Shown here piece by piece: positions 9,306 through 17,680 of a DNA stretch of 33,165 nucleotides (the first letter of the stretch is position 1; every line of letters starts with the position of its first letter). The position numbers were made by a program, and so were the translations under genes. The notes beneath the pieces were generated by a model, which was not told the DNA's origin, did not search any database, and saw nothing but the letters and a program-made list of their open reading frames with translations. This stretch comes from Kiritimatiellia bacterium (GTDB lineage Bacteria; Verrucomicrobiota; Kiritimatiellia; RFP12; JBMNHG01). The stretch lies in the NCBI GenBank assembly GCA_050950285.1, contig JBMNHG010000007.1, positions 1 to 33,165 of the forward strand, read 5' to 3'.

Positions 9306-10493
9306 ATGCATCCTCGAAAGATTCGAGACGGCATTCACGGCATCATGACGGTTCACTGGGAGCGACGGCTGTTCGACTCGTTGATCCCGTTGCCCGATGG
9401 AACCAGTTACAACGCCTACCTCGTGAAGGGGCGTGATGCGACGGCTCTGATTGACAGCGCGGACCCGGCTTTGCAGGGCGAATTCATGGAACATCTCCGC
9501 GACGTGGCTGGCATCGACTACGTCGTGTCTCAGCATGCGGAGCAGGACCATTCGGGTGTGATCCCGCTGTTGCTGGAGCGGTTTCCCGCCGCCAAGCTGG
9601 TCTGCAGCGGAAAGGCCCAGGATCTGCTGGCAACGCATCTGGGAGTTGCCGCCGACCGAATGATTGCCGTGGAGGACAGTCAGACCATATCCCTTGGCGG
9701 CAAGACGCTGCAGTTCGTCCACACGCCTTGGGTCCATTGGCCGGAGACCATGTGTACATACGTTCCCGAGGACAAGTGCCTGTTCTCCTGCGATTTCTTT
9801 GGCTCGCACCTGGCCACGACCGACCTTTACGTGACTGACGAAGCCCGCGTGTACGAGGCGGCCAAGCGGTACTACGCCGAGATCATGATGCCGTTCAGGA
9901 ACGTGATCGCCAAGAACCTCGACAAGATTGGCAGGTTGGACTTCGACACCATCGCGCCCAGCCACGGGCCCGTCTACGACAAGCCCTCCTTCATTTTGAA
10001 CGCCTACCGGGAATGGGTATCGCCCGGAATGAAGAATGAAGTAGTCCTGCCTTATATCAGCATGCACGGAAGCACTGCGGCAATGGTGAAGCATCTCATC
10101 GATGCACTGGCTCGACACGGCGTCACCGTTGCGGCATTCGATCTGGCCGTGACGGACATTGGCAAACTCGCCATCGCGCTGGTGGATGCTGCGACTCTGG
10201 TCGTCGGAACCCCGACCGTCCATGTCGGTCCACATCCGGCGGTGTTCTATGCCTCGCATCTGGCAAATCTGCTGCGTCCCAAGCTCAAGTACGCCTCCAT
10301 CGTCGGCTCCTACGGGTGGAGCAGCAAGGCCATCGAACAGATCGCCGCACTGATTCCGAACCTCAAGGTCGAAGTCCTGGAACCGGTACTGTGCAAGGGC
10401 CACCCTGCGCCGGAGACTTACGGGAAGCTCGACGCGCTGGCCGCTGCTGTGGCCAAGGCGCATGAGAAGGACGAACTGGTCAAACAGGACTGA
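9306..10493 (+). CDS. fprA: Flavodiiron protein (FprA family A-type flavoprotein)
   Basis: GTSYNAYL, HAEQDH, VHWPE, SCDFFG, PSHG diiron ligands; SMHGST flavodoxin loop; GSYGW. Confidence 0.93.
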   Translation: MHPRKIRDGIHGIMTVHWERRLFDSLIPLPDGTSYNAYLVKGRDATALIDSADPALQGEFMEHLRDVAGIDYVVSQHAEQDHSGVIPLLLERFPAAKLVCSGKAQDLLATHLGVAADRMIAVEDSQTISLGGKTLQFVHTPWVHWPETMCTYVPEDKCLFSCDFFGSHLATTDLYVTDEARVYEAAKRYYAEIMMPFRNVIAKNLDKIGRLDFDTIAPSHGPVYDKPSFILNAYREWVSPGMKNEVVLPYISMHGSTAAMVKHLIDALARHGVTVAAFDLAVTDIGKLAIALVDAATLVVGTPTVHVGPHPAVFYASHLANLLRPKLKYASIVGSYGWSSKAIEQIAALIPNLKVEVLEPVLCKGHPAPETYGKLDALAAAVAKAHEKDELVKQD

Positions 10494-10552
10494 AGCTGCC
10501 TCGGAATGTCCACGGCACCCCGGAAGCATCAACACGAGAGAGAGACATCACG

Positions 10553-10891
10553 ATGAAGATCATCAACGCCAAGGAAGCCCCTGGCGGGCCGAACCCTCAC
10601 AACGTCAAAGCCGCCCAGGTCTATGACAATGAGCACGCGATGGTTGTCCACCTGACGCTCGGACCGGGACAGTCGCTCAAGCGCCACATCACGCCGGTGG
10701 ACGTGTTCTTTTATGTCCTGGAAGGCACCGGGGTTGTCGAGGTGGGTGACGAAAAGCAGACGGTCGGTCCCGATTCGCTGATCGACAGCCCGGCCCGCGT
10801 CCCGCACTGCTGGTACAACGAGAGCGACAAGCCACTGCGGGTCCTTGTGGTGAAGGTGCCACGCCCCACCACGCAGACCCGGCTCCTGTGA
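10553..10891 (+). CDS. Cupin domain protein
   Basis: HITPVDVFFYVLEGTG...PARVPHCWYN cupin motifs. Confidence 0.9.
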   Translation: MKIINAKEAPGGPNPHNVKAAQVYDNEHAMVVHLTLGPGQSLKRHITPVDVFFYVLEGTGVVEVGDEKQTVGPDSLIDSPARVPHCWYNESDKPLRVLVVKVPRPTTQTRLL

Positions 10892-10908
10892 TTTCCCGCT
10901 TGGAGACG

Positions 10909-10952
10909 GTTCGAAACCGGTCATGGTCCCGGTCCGAACGAACCTGTTAACC
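10909..10952 (+). repeat. Direct repeat copy 2 (right flank of stress operon)
   Basis: 35/44 identity to 6154-6197; followed by degenerate partial copy AACGAGCTGTTCACC (10956-10970). Confidence 0.85.
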
Positions 10953-11002
10953 ACAAACGAGCTGTTCACCAGAGAGTCAGAGAGTTTGGGGGGTTGTTCT
11001 CG

Positions 11003-11041
11003 GGGTCCGGTCGTGAACGTATACGTTCAGGACCGGGACCC
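11003..11041. repeat. Imperfect ~39-bp palindrome, candidate recombinase site
   Basis: Perfect core TGAACGTATACGTTCA (11014-11029) with CCGGTC/GACCGG arms. Confidence 0.75.
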
Positions 11042-11110
11042 GGTTTCTCCGTTTCGGAAGAGAGAACGCGCCCAAGGCGGCGGGAGCGCCGGAACCCTTT
11101 GGAATCAACG

Positions 11111-11148
11111 CAAAACGAAGACGCCCGGCCAGATGCCTGGTCGGGCGT
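11111..11148 (-). terminator. Putative intrinsic terminator downstream of tRNA-Asn
   Basis: 12-bp near-perfect stem ACGCCCGACCAG/CTGGCCGGGCGT followed by CTTCGTTTTG on the minus strand. Confidence 0.6.
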
Positions 11149-11190
11149 TCGTGTTAACAGGATGGTACGGGAATCTTCCGAGAAGAAAGT

Positions 11191-11265
11191 TGGCTCCGGT
11201 GGCTGGATTCGAACCAGCGACCAAAGGATTAACAGTCCTCTGCGCTACCGCTGCGCTACACCGGA
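11191..11265 (-). tRNA. tRNA-Asn (GTT)
   Basis: TCCGGTGTAGCGCAGCGGTAGCGCAGAGGACTGTTAATCCTTTGGTCGCTGGTTCGAATCCAGCCACCGGAGCCA cloverleaf with encoded CCA. Confidence 0.97.
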
Positions 11266-11288
11266 GTGATGCGAAAAATGTGGAAGGG

Positions 11289-11318
11289 AACTTACCACCT
11301 TCCCAGGTCGGCTGTCAA
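11289..11318 (-). promoter_or_regulatory. Sigma70-type promoter of tRNA-Asn
   Basis: TTGACA-18 bp (ending TGG)-TAAGTT on the minus strand, 23 bp upstream of the tRNA. Confidence 0.65.
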
Positions 11319-11342
11319 TCGCCTGTTTTCCCCGGGAAGCAT

Positions 11343-12434
11343 CTATCCGGCCTTGTGCCTGAAGATGACCATTCGCTGGATGGCGAAGCTGGCCAGGAAG
11401 AGGAACAGGTCGACGATGGCCTTGATCCAGGTCAGGCTGACGCCGGGGAACCCGGCATGGAGGATCTTGGTGCCCAGGTACGAGGCGGTGACGATGGCCA
11501 GCGCCAGCACGGCGTATTTGTGCGCCGAATAGTGTCCGAAGACGTGTCGCTTCCGGCTTTCGGCGAAGACCAGGAAGCGGTTCACGAGGTAGTTGAAGGT
11601 GCCGGAAACGACGCGCGCCAGCACGACGGACAGGAAAAGGTGCGCCCTTCCCTCTTCGTCGAAGACTCCGTAATAGAGGAAGCGGAACAAGAGGATGTCG
11701 ACGACGAAGGAAAGCGCCGAGGCGAGCACGAACAGCCCGAAGCGCCGGGCCAGCGCCTTGACGAGGATCCCGCAGATCTTCATCGAGTCGGAGAAGGGAT
11801 TGAAATGCGTCCCTTTGTTTCCTTCCTCGTAGATGGTTTCGATGGGAATCTGGAGGAGCGGGCGGTCGTGCAGGGCGAGCAGCATGCGGGTTTCGAACTC
11901 GAAGCGTTCGCCGGGGACGGAGAGCAGGGAGCGCATCATTTCGGCGGGGATTGCGCGCAGGCCCGTCTGGGTGTCCAGGAACGAGCGTCCGGTGGCCACG
12001 CGGAAGAAGAGGAGCATGCCCTTGTTGCCGAAGCGGCTTTTCAGGGGCACGTGGCTTTGTGAAAAATCCCGGACGCCGAGGACCAGCGCGTCCGGGTTGG
12101 CCTGGAAGTGTTCGAGACAGCGGGCGACGTCGGCCGGGGAATGCTGTCCGTCGCTGTCCGCGGTGATGCACCCGATCCCATCGGGGCGGGTTTCCAGCAG
12201 GTGGGCGAAGGCCGTCTTGAGGGCGCGCCCTTTCCCCCGGTTCGTCCCGTGGCGGACGAACGAAATGTCGGGCCCGGCGGCGGCGCACTCGTCGAAGATG
12301 GGGCGAAGCTCCGGCTTGCTGCCGTCGTCCACGAGCAGGATCGGGGCGGACGTAATGGCCCGGAGATCCCGGCAATACCGGGGCAGCCGTTTGTCCGGAT
12401 CCAGGGACGGAATCACGATGGCGACTTGGACCAT
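11343..12434 (-). CDS. Bifunctional glycosyltransferase family 2 / GtrA family protein
   Basis: IVIPSL, LVDDGS, NRGKGRALK, TADSDGQH, DTQTGLR, FEFET; C-terminal 4-TM GtrA segment. Confidence 0.92.
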   Translation of the reverse strand: MVQVAIVIPSLDPDKRLPRYCRDLRAITSAPILLVDDGSKPELRPIFDECAAAGPDISFVRHGTNRGKGRALKTAFAHLLETRPDGIGCITADSDGQHSPADVARCLEHFQANPDALVLGVRDFSQSHVPLKSRFGNKGMLLFFRVATGRSFLDTQTGLRAIPAEMMRSLLSVPGERFEFETRMLLALHDRPLLQIPIETIYEEGNKGTHFNPFSDSMKICGILVKALARRFGLFVLASALSFVVDILLFRFLYYGVFDEEGRAHLFLSVVLARVVSGTFNYLVNRFLVFAESRKRHVFGHYSAHKYAVLALAIVTASYLGTKILHAGFPGVSLTWIKAIVDLFLFLASFAIQRMVIFRHKAG

Positions 12435-12497
12435 GGGGGGGATGATAGAGGCAGTCCGGTGGAATTTCCACAAGAATCGTCGGGGAGAAGCGAGGGG

Positions 12498-14264
12498 CTA
12501 CGAGGCGTCTTCGGCGGCCATGTCCATCTCGGTGCGGAGCATGTCGTGTCCGGTGGCGATGCCGAGGAGGGCGCCGGTGGAGGGGTCGACCACGAGCAAT
12601 GCGTCGTGGGGGGCCTCCATGAGCAGGTGTCCGGCCTCGCGCAGGGAGGTGGAAGCCGGGCAGACGGCGGCGGGCCGGACGTCGGGCGGGCGGCCTTGGG
12701 CGACGGCCTCTTCGATTTCCGCCCGGTGGAGGATGCCTTGGATTTTGCCGTCCGCCACGACGGGGAAGCGCCGGTGGCCGGAGGAGGCGAGGAGCCAGCC
12801 GAGGGAGGTGGGGTCGAGGCTTTCCACGCACACGGGCGAGGGGGAGGCGATGGTCGCGACGGGCCATTGCAGCCAGTCCGAGAGGTCGCGGGGCGGGCGC
12901 AGGCGCTCGATGTCGATGCCGTCCTGCTGGAGGATGGCGTCGTAGAAGGCGACGGGGGCGAGGCGTCGCGCGAGGATCTGGCTTGCGAGGGTGGCGATCA
13001 TCAAGGCGGGCACGAGCTTGAAGTCGCGGGTCATCTCGAAGACGATCAGGATCGCGGTGACGGGGGCGCGGATGACGGCGCCGAGGCAGGCGCTCATGCC
13101 CACGACCACCAGCAGGATCTGTTCGGCTTCGGGAAGGTCCAGGAACTGTCCGGCAAGGCCGCCGGCGATGGCGCCGCACATGCCGCCGAAGACGAGCGAG
13201 GGCGAGAAGACGCCGCCCGCTCCGCCCGCGCCCACGCACACGATGGTGGCGACGAGTTTCGCGGCGAGCAGGAAGAGCGCGGTGGGAAGCGCGAGCTTGC
13301 CCACGAGCGCGGCGGAGAGGTCGCCATAACCGAGCCCGAAGACGCCCACGCTGCCGGTGACCGCATACACGAAGACGCCCAGCACCCAGGTGGCGAGCGC
13401 CCCGAGCATCGGGCGAAGCCACGGCGGAATCGGGCGCAGCATGCCGCCCGCGCCGAAGGTGCTCCGCACCCGGAGCGCCCCGTGCTGGAAGAGCACCCCG
13501 GCGAGGGCCGCCGCCGCGGCCACCACGGGGATGAGCAGGTAGACCGTGAAGGTCGAGGCTTCGACGGGGCCCAGGACGAACGACGGTTTGTCGCCCAGGA
13601 CCAGTTGGGTGACCCACGCCCCGAGCACGGCGGCCAGGAGGATCTTGCCGAAGAGGCGGCTGTTGAGGTCCTCCTGGATCTCCTCCAGCACGAAGGTGAC
13701 CGCCGCGAGGGGGGTGTTGAAGGCGCCCGCGAGGCCCGCGCCCGCGGCGGTGGCGGTGCCGAGGCGCCGTGCGCCGGGTCCGCCTTCGGGGTCGAACTTG
13801 GCCAGCACGGATCCCACGGTGCCGGAAATCTGCACGCAGGGCCCTTCGCAGCCGAGACTGAGTCCGCCGCCCACGCTGGCGACGCCGGCGAGGAACTTCA
13901 CCCACGCCACGCGCCACGGCACCGCGCCGCGGTTTTTCCAGTAGGCGGCCTTGAGCTGCGGGATGCCGCCGCCCGCCGCGGCGGGGCACAGGAAGTGCGT
14001 GAGGCATCCGGACACCAGCGCGCTTCCCGCGACGGTCGCGAAACTCGCCGCGAGGAAGAAGGGGAGCGGGTGTCGCGCATAGGCGAGAAACGTATGGCGG
14101 AAGAGCGTTTCGATCCCCAGCTGGAAGGCCACGGCCGAAGCGCCGCCGCAGACGCCATACACGGCGACCTTCAGGAGGAGGCGCACATTACGCGGAAAAA
14201 CGGCGTCGCCGCCGGTCTTTCGGGGCCTGCCGCCGTCGCTGGCGTGGGTGGGATGGGTCGCCAT
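12498..14264 (-). CDS. ClC family chloride channel/H+ antiporter with C-terminal CBS domains
   Basis: GGGIP, GCEGP, AFNTPLAAVTFVLEE, GGVFSP, RAPVTAILIVFEMT motifs; CBS pair; start estimated. Confidence 0.92.
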   Translation of the reverse strand: MATHPTHASDGGRPRKTGGDAVFPRNVRLLLKVAVYGVCGGASAVAFQLGIETLFRHTFLAYARHPLPFFLAASFATVAGSALVSGCLTHFLCPAAAGGGIPQLKAAYWKNRGAVPWRVAWVKFLAGVASVGGGLSLGCEGPCVQISGTVGSVLAKFDPEGGPGARRLGTATAAGAGLAGAFNTPLAAVTFVLEEIQEDLNSRLFGKILLAAVLGAWVTQLVLGDKPSFVLGPVEASTFTVYLLIPVVAAAAALAGVLFQHGALRVRSTFGAGGMLRPIPPWLRPMLGALATWVLGVFVYAVTGSVGVFGLGYGDLSAALVGKLALPTALFLLAAKLVATIVCVGAGGAGGVFSPSLVFGGMCGAIAGGLAGQFLDLPEAEQILLVVVGMSACLGAVIRAPVTAILIVFEMTRDFKLVPALMIATLASQILARRLAPVAFYDAILQQDGIDIERLRPPRDLSDWLQWPVATIASPSPVCVESLDPTSLGWLLASSGHRRFPVVADGKIQGILHRAEIEEAVAQGRPPDVRPAAVCPASTSLREAGHLLMEAPHDALLVVDPSTGALLGIATGHDMLRTEMDMAAEDAS

Positions 14265-14422
14265 GAAACGAATGTCTACGGGGGAAACGCGTCGCGTTCG
14301 TCCGGCAAAACCGCCGGGAACATGGGCCATTTTGCACGGCGCGCCGCCCGCGTGCAATCGTTTTTCGGCGGAAACCGTCTGGAGCGGGGGGCTTTGTGGT
14401 ATGCTGTACGGCGTTCTCCCGC

Positions 14423-15742
14423 ATGAAAAAGACCTCCTCCTCTTCCCAAAAGCGGCGCGCCGCTTCGCCGCGCGGCGAAGCGGCCTCCCCGCGTTCGTCC
14501 GGCGCGCTGCTGCTCGGCGCCTTCCTGGTTCCGCTGGCCGCGCACGTCGCGGTGATTGCGTCGAAGCTGGGGAATGCGCCCGCGATCCCCTGGCCGCAAT
14601 TGATTCCGCTGGGGGTACACGGAGTCGCCCTGCTCGTGACGTGGGTTTGGCTGAAGGCCCTGCGGCACACGGGGGACGTCGTGGTTCTTGCCGCCGCCTT
14701 TTGCCTGACGGGCCTGGGGCTCGCCATGCAGTTCCGCCTGGGCGTGTACGCGGATGCGCCCCTCCTTTCGATGGGTCGCCTGGCCTATCCCATCGGCGTG
14801 GCGGCCCTGCTGGCGTGCCTTCTCGTCTTCGGGGACGGGCGCGCCGCGATCCTGGGGCGGATGGGGTGGATCGCCTATCTGGGCGCGATCGGCGCACTCG
14901 GCGCGATGCTGGTCCTGGGGCGTCGCTATCGCGGCGGCATCTATCTGGCCGGCAACCTCAATCCCTCCGAAATCGTGAAGCCGTTGATGGTCGTCTTCCT
15001 CGCGGCCTATCTTTCGGAGCGGCGCGAGGACTTTTCGGTGACGCGGGCTGGAATCCCGATGCCAGGCCTTTCGTCGTTTCTGCCGCTTCTTGCCGCATGG
15101 GCGGTGCCGATGGCGATGGTGCTGTGGATGCACGACCTCGGGCTTCTGATCCTGCTGAACGCCGTGCTCGTGGTGATGCTCTTTGCGTTGACGCGCAAGG
15201 CCGGGTATCTCGTGCTCGGCGGCGCGGGGGTCTTCGCCTTCGCCCTGCTGGCGGGGAAATTCTCGGCCCACGCCCAGGCGCGTTTCGCCGCGTGGCGCCG
15301 GCCCTTCGAGGATTCGGCGGGGAAGGGCTGGCAGCTTTGCCAGTCGCTCACGGCCTTCTACTCGGGGGGGATGTGGGGCACGGGGCTGGGGCGCGGCATG
15401 CCGCAAAGCGTGCCCATTGTCACGTCGGACTTCGTCTACGCGGCCTTCGGGGAGGAGTTCGGCTTCCTGGGATGCGCGCTGCTCCTGGCGCTCTACGCGA
15501 TTCTTTTCGCGCGGGGCTGGCGGATTGCGTCCAACGCCGCGGGCGGCGCCTTCGGGCAGCTTCTCGGCGCGGGCCTTGTCGCGATGCTTGCGCTGCAGAC
15601 GCTGCTGAACGTGGGGGGCGTGACCAAGGCCATTCCGCTTACGGGCATCACGCTGCCCTTCCTCAGCCAGGGCGGGAGCAGCCTTGCGGTCTCGCTGGCG
15701 AGCGTCGGCCTCCTTGCGGCCTTGTCCACGCGGTCGAAATGA
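14423..15742 (+). CDS. FtsW/RodA/SpoVE (SEDS) family protein
   Basis: NPSEIVK, HDLG, WQLCQS, SDFVYAAFGEEFG, IPLTGITLPFLSQGGSS. Confidence 0.92.
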   Translation: MKKTSSSSQKRRAASPRGEAASPRSSGALLLGAFLVPLAAHVAVIASKLGNAPAIPWPQLIPLGVHGVALLVTWVWLKALRHTGDVVVLAAAFCLTGLGLAMQFRLGVYADAPLLSMGRLAYPIGVAALLACLLVFGDGRAAILGRMGWIAYLGAIGALGAMLVLGRRYRGGIYLAGNLNPSEIVKPLMVVFLAAYLSERREDFSVTRAGIPMPGLSSFLPLLAAWAVPMAMVLWMHDLGLLILLNAVLVVMLFALTRKAGYLVLGGAGVFAFALLAGKFSAHAQARFAAWRRPFEDSAGKGWQLCQSLTAFYSGGMWGTGLGRGMPQSVPIVTSDFVYAAFGEEFGFLGCALLLALYAILFARGWRIASNAAGGAFGQLLGAGLVAMLALQTLLNVGGVTKAIPLTGITLPFLSQGGSSLAVSLASVGLLAALSTRSK

Positions 15743-15809
15743 CGTGGCATGTTTTGTGCGCCGGGACGGCATTCGCCCCCCTTCGGAGGGGGGATTCCGG
15801 AATCCCCGC

Positions 15810-17504
15810 ATGAAGCTCACGACCCGTGGAAAGAACCTTCTCGCCCTTGCCGGCGTTGCCCTGGCAATGGCCGTGTACCTGTTTTTGCAGGCGAGGTGCT
15901 TCCAGTGCGGGACGAACGAGAAGGACTGCGAAGGGTACTTCATCCTCGGCAAGCGCCTGGCCGCCGGCGAGCCCGCAGGGCGTCCGGCGACCGCGCCGTT
16001 CCAGCAGATCAACCACGTGTGGGTCGAGAACGATCGCGGCGAGCTGCTCCCGAAATACGCGCCGGGCTACCCCTTGCTGGTGGGGGCCGCCTACCGCTTT
16101 TCCGGCGGGAGCGACGCGGCCGCCTTCGCGGTGAATCCGGTGCTGGGCCTGGTTGCGCTGGCGGGCGCCTGGGTTCTCTTCCGGCTCTTTCTGGGGCTTC
16201 TCCCTTCCGTGCTGGGCGTGTGGCTGCTGATGCTGCACCCGATGTTCCAATCCTATTCCAGCTATCCGCTCGCCCACGCGATGGAACTCGCCTGCCTGGT
16301 GTGGGGCTTCGCCTTCCTCGGGCGCTGGGCGCGAAGGCCCGGCTTCGCCGCCGCGCTGGGCGCGGGCTTCGCCTTCGGGTGTGCCGCGGGGGCCCGGCAC
16401 ACGGCGATTCTCTATGCGCTTCCGGTGGCGACGGTGGCGACGGCGACGGCGGTGCGGGAGATTCGGAACCGCCGTGCCGGCGGCGCCTCCCGGCCGGCGG
16501 CGGTCTGGGGCTCCCTCCTGGCGCTCGGCGCGGCGTATGCCGTTGTCCCGGCCTTGGTGGCCCTCTACCATTGGCGGTGGTTCGGGAGCCCCTTCCACAG
16601 CGGCTACTACCTCACCGGCGAACAGCAGGCGCTGAAATGGGCCTATGTGTGGGAGAACATCGAGACCGTCATCGTGGGGCTGAACCACGACTGCGGCCTT
16701 GCGCTGTTCGCGCTCGCGCTGGCCGGGATGGTCCTGGCGGGGCCGCGCTTGTTCCGCATCGTGTGCATCGAATGGCTGCTCGTGGCGTGTGTGCCCTACC
16801 TGTTCTATTACTGGGCGCCGAGGAGCATCGCCTTCTTCCGCTTCTACTATCCGGTGGTCCCGATGCTGATCGGCTCGGCCTTGATGGCGCTGGAGGAGAT
16901 GCTTCGCGGACGCCGCCACCGCCGCGCCCTGCTCTGCGCCTATGCGGCGGTGGTCGTGCTTTCGTGGTGCCCGAAGGTGCTCGAACCCTTCCTGGGGTGG
17001 ACGATGAGCGCGGCGGGCCGCTCCCAGGCCGCGGTCGGCGCCGCCGTGCGCCCCCATCTGCGCGAGGACGCCGTGCTTTTCCTCGAGTACCCGCTCGACA
17101 CCGGCATCGGCGCCTTCCAACGCTACGACACCTACCGCATCCAGGCCTTCGACCGCTGGATCCTGCGGGAGGAGATGAAGCCGTGGAAAGAGCCGTGGGA
17201 GCGGACGGAACGGGAGCGCTGGAACCGATGGCCCATCATGTCGCAGGACTCCCGCCGCCTCAAGCTCGAGTCCCTTTTCGAGGAACTCGGCCCGGAAGGG
17301 CTCGTCCGGCGGCACGTGGCTTTCGCCAACGAACGCCTCGCGGCGTCGAACCAGGTGGCCTACCTGCTGCGGACGGACGACAACCCCTACGGCCACGCGC
17401 GACTGCCGCAACCGTGCGGCTTCACCCTCGAGCCGCTGGCCCGCTTCGATGTGCCGGGGCACGGCAGCTGGACGCTCTACGAGGCGGACGCGACGACGCC
17501 GTAG
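15810..17504 (+). CDS. Polytopic membrane protein, GT-C fold (ArnT/PMT-like) glycosyltransferase
   Basis: N-terminal TM, D-x-x-G-Y loop, PKYAPGYPLL motif, multiple TM helices, C-terminal soluble domain. Confidence 0.72.
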   Translation: MKLTTRGKNLLALAGVALAMAVYLFLQARCFQCGTNEKDCEGYFILGKRLAAGEPAGRPATAPFQQINHVWVENDRGELLPKYAPGYPLLVGAAYRFSGGSDAAAFAVNPVLGLVALAGAWVLFRLFLGLLPSVLGVWLLMLHPMFQSYSSYPLAHAMELACLVWGFAFLGRWARRPGFAAALGAGFAFGCAAGARHTAILYALPVATVATATAVREIRNRRAGGASRPAAVWGSLLALGAAYAVVPALVALYHWRWFGSPFHSGYYLTGEQQALKWAYVWENIETVIVGLNHDCGLALFALALAGMVLAGPRLFRIVCIEWLLVACVPYLFYYWAPRSIAFFRFYYPVVPMLIGSALMALEEMLRGRRHRRALLCAYAAVVVLSWCPKVLEPFLGWTMSAAGRSQAAVGAAVRPHLREDAVLFLEYPLDTGIGAFQRYDTYRIQAFDRWILREEMKPWKEPWERTERERWNRWPIMSQDSRRLKLESLFEELGPEGLVRRHVAFANERLAASNQVAYLLRTDDNPYGHARLPQPCGFTLEPLARFDVPGHGSWTLYEADATTP

Positions 17505-17508
17505 GGCC

Positions 17509-17528
17509 CGGAGCGGCGCGCCGCTCCG
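17509..17528. terminator. Perfect 20-bp palindrome between convergent genes
   Basis: CGGAGCGGCG|CGCCGCTCCG, no U-tract. Confidence 0.5.
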
Positions 17529-17666
17529 TCAATAGGGGTTGGACGGCATCAGCTCCCAGCCGGCCACCTTCGCCACGGTGGCGGGGGCATCTTCCGCGAA
17601 GAGTTTCACGCCGCGTCCGCCGAGGGTGGGGTAGACGACGCGCGCGATGGCCTTCGGGTAGTCCAT
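17529..17666 (-). CDS. 45-aa small ORF, possible cyclophilin N-terminal remnant
   Basis: AAAGGA RBS; VKLFAEDAPATVA resembles the cyclophilin I-x-LF-x-D-x-AP-x-TV-x-NF motif. Confidence 0.4.
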   Translation of the reverse strand: MDYPKAIARVVYPTLGGRGVKLFAEDAPATVAKVAGWELMPSNPY

Positions 17667-17680
17667 CGGAGAGTCCTTTC

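Larger units (their letters stand above)
1..11190. mobile_element. Right end of an integrated prophage-like element/genomic island adjacent to tRNA-Asn
   Basis: Large serine recombinase + DUF2924 module, phage-like ORFs, cargo operon, repeats. Visibly less GC-rich than the backbone right of the tRNA. Left boundary is outside the window; right boundary is approximate. Confidence 0.7.

Noticed and set aside
6154..11161. Classical integron (attI/attC)
   Set aside because: No tyrosine integron integrase; repeats lack the RYYYAAC...GTTRRRY attC organisation.
15775..15807. Overlapping hairpin and palindrome (CCCCCC-ttcgga-GGGGGG; GGGGATTCCGGAATCCCC) before the GT-C gene
   Set aside because: Real symmetry but short, single-copy and without supporting context; function cannot be assigned.
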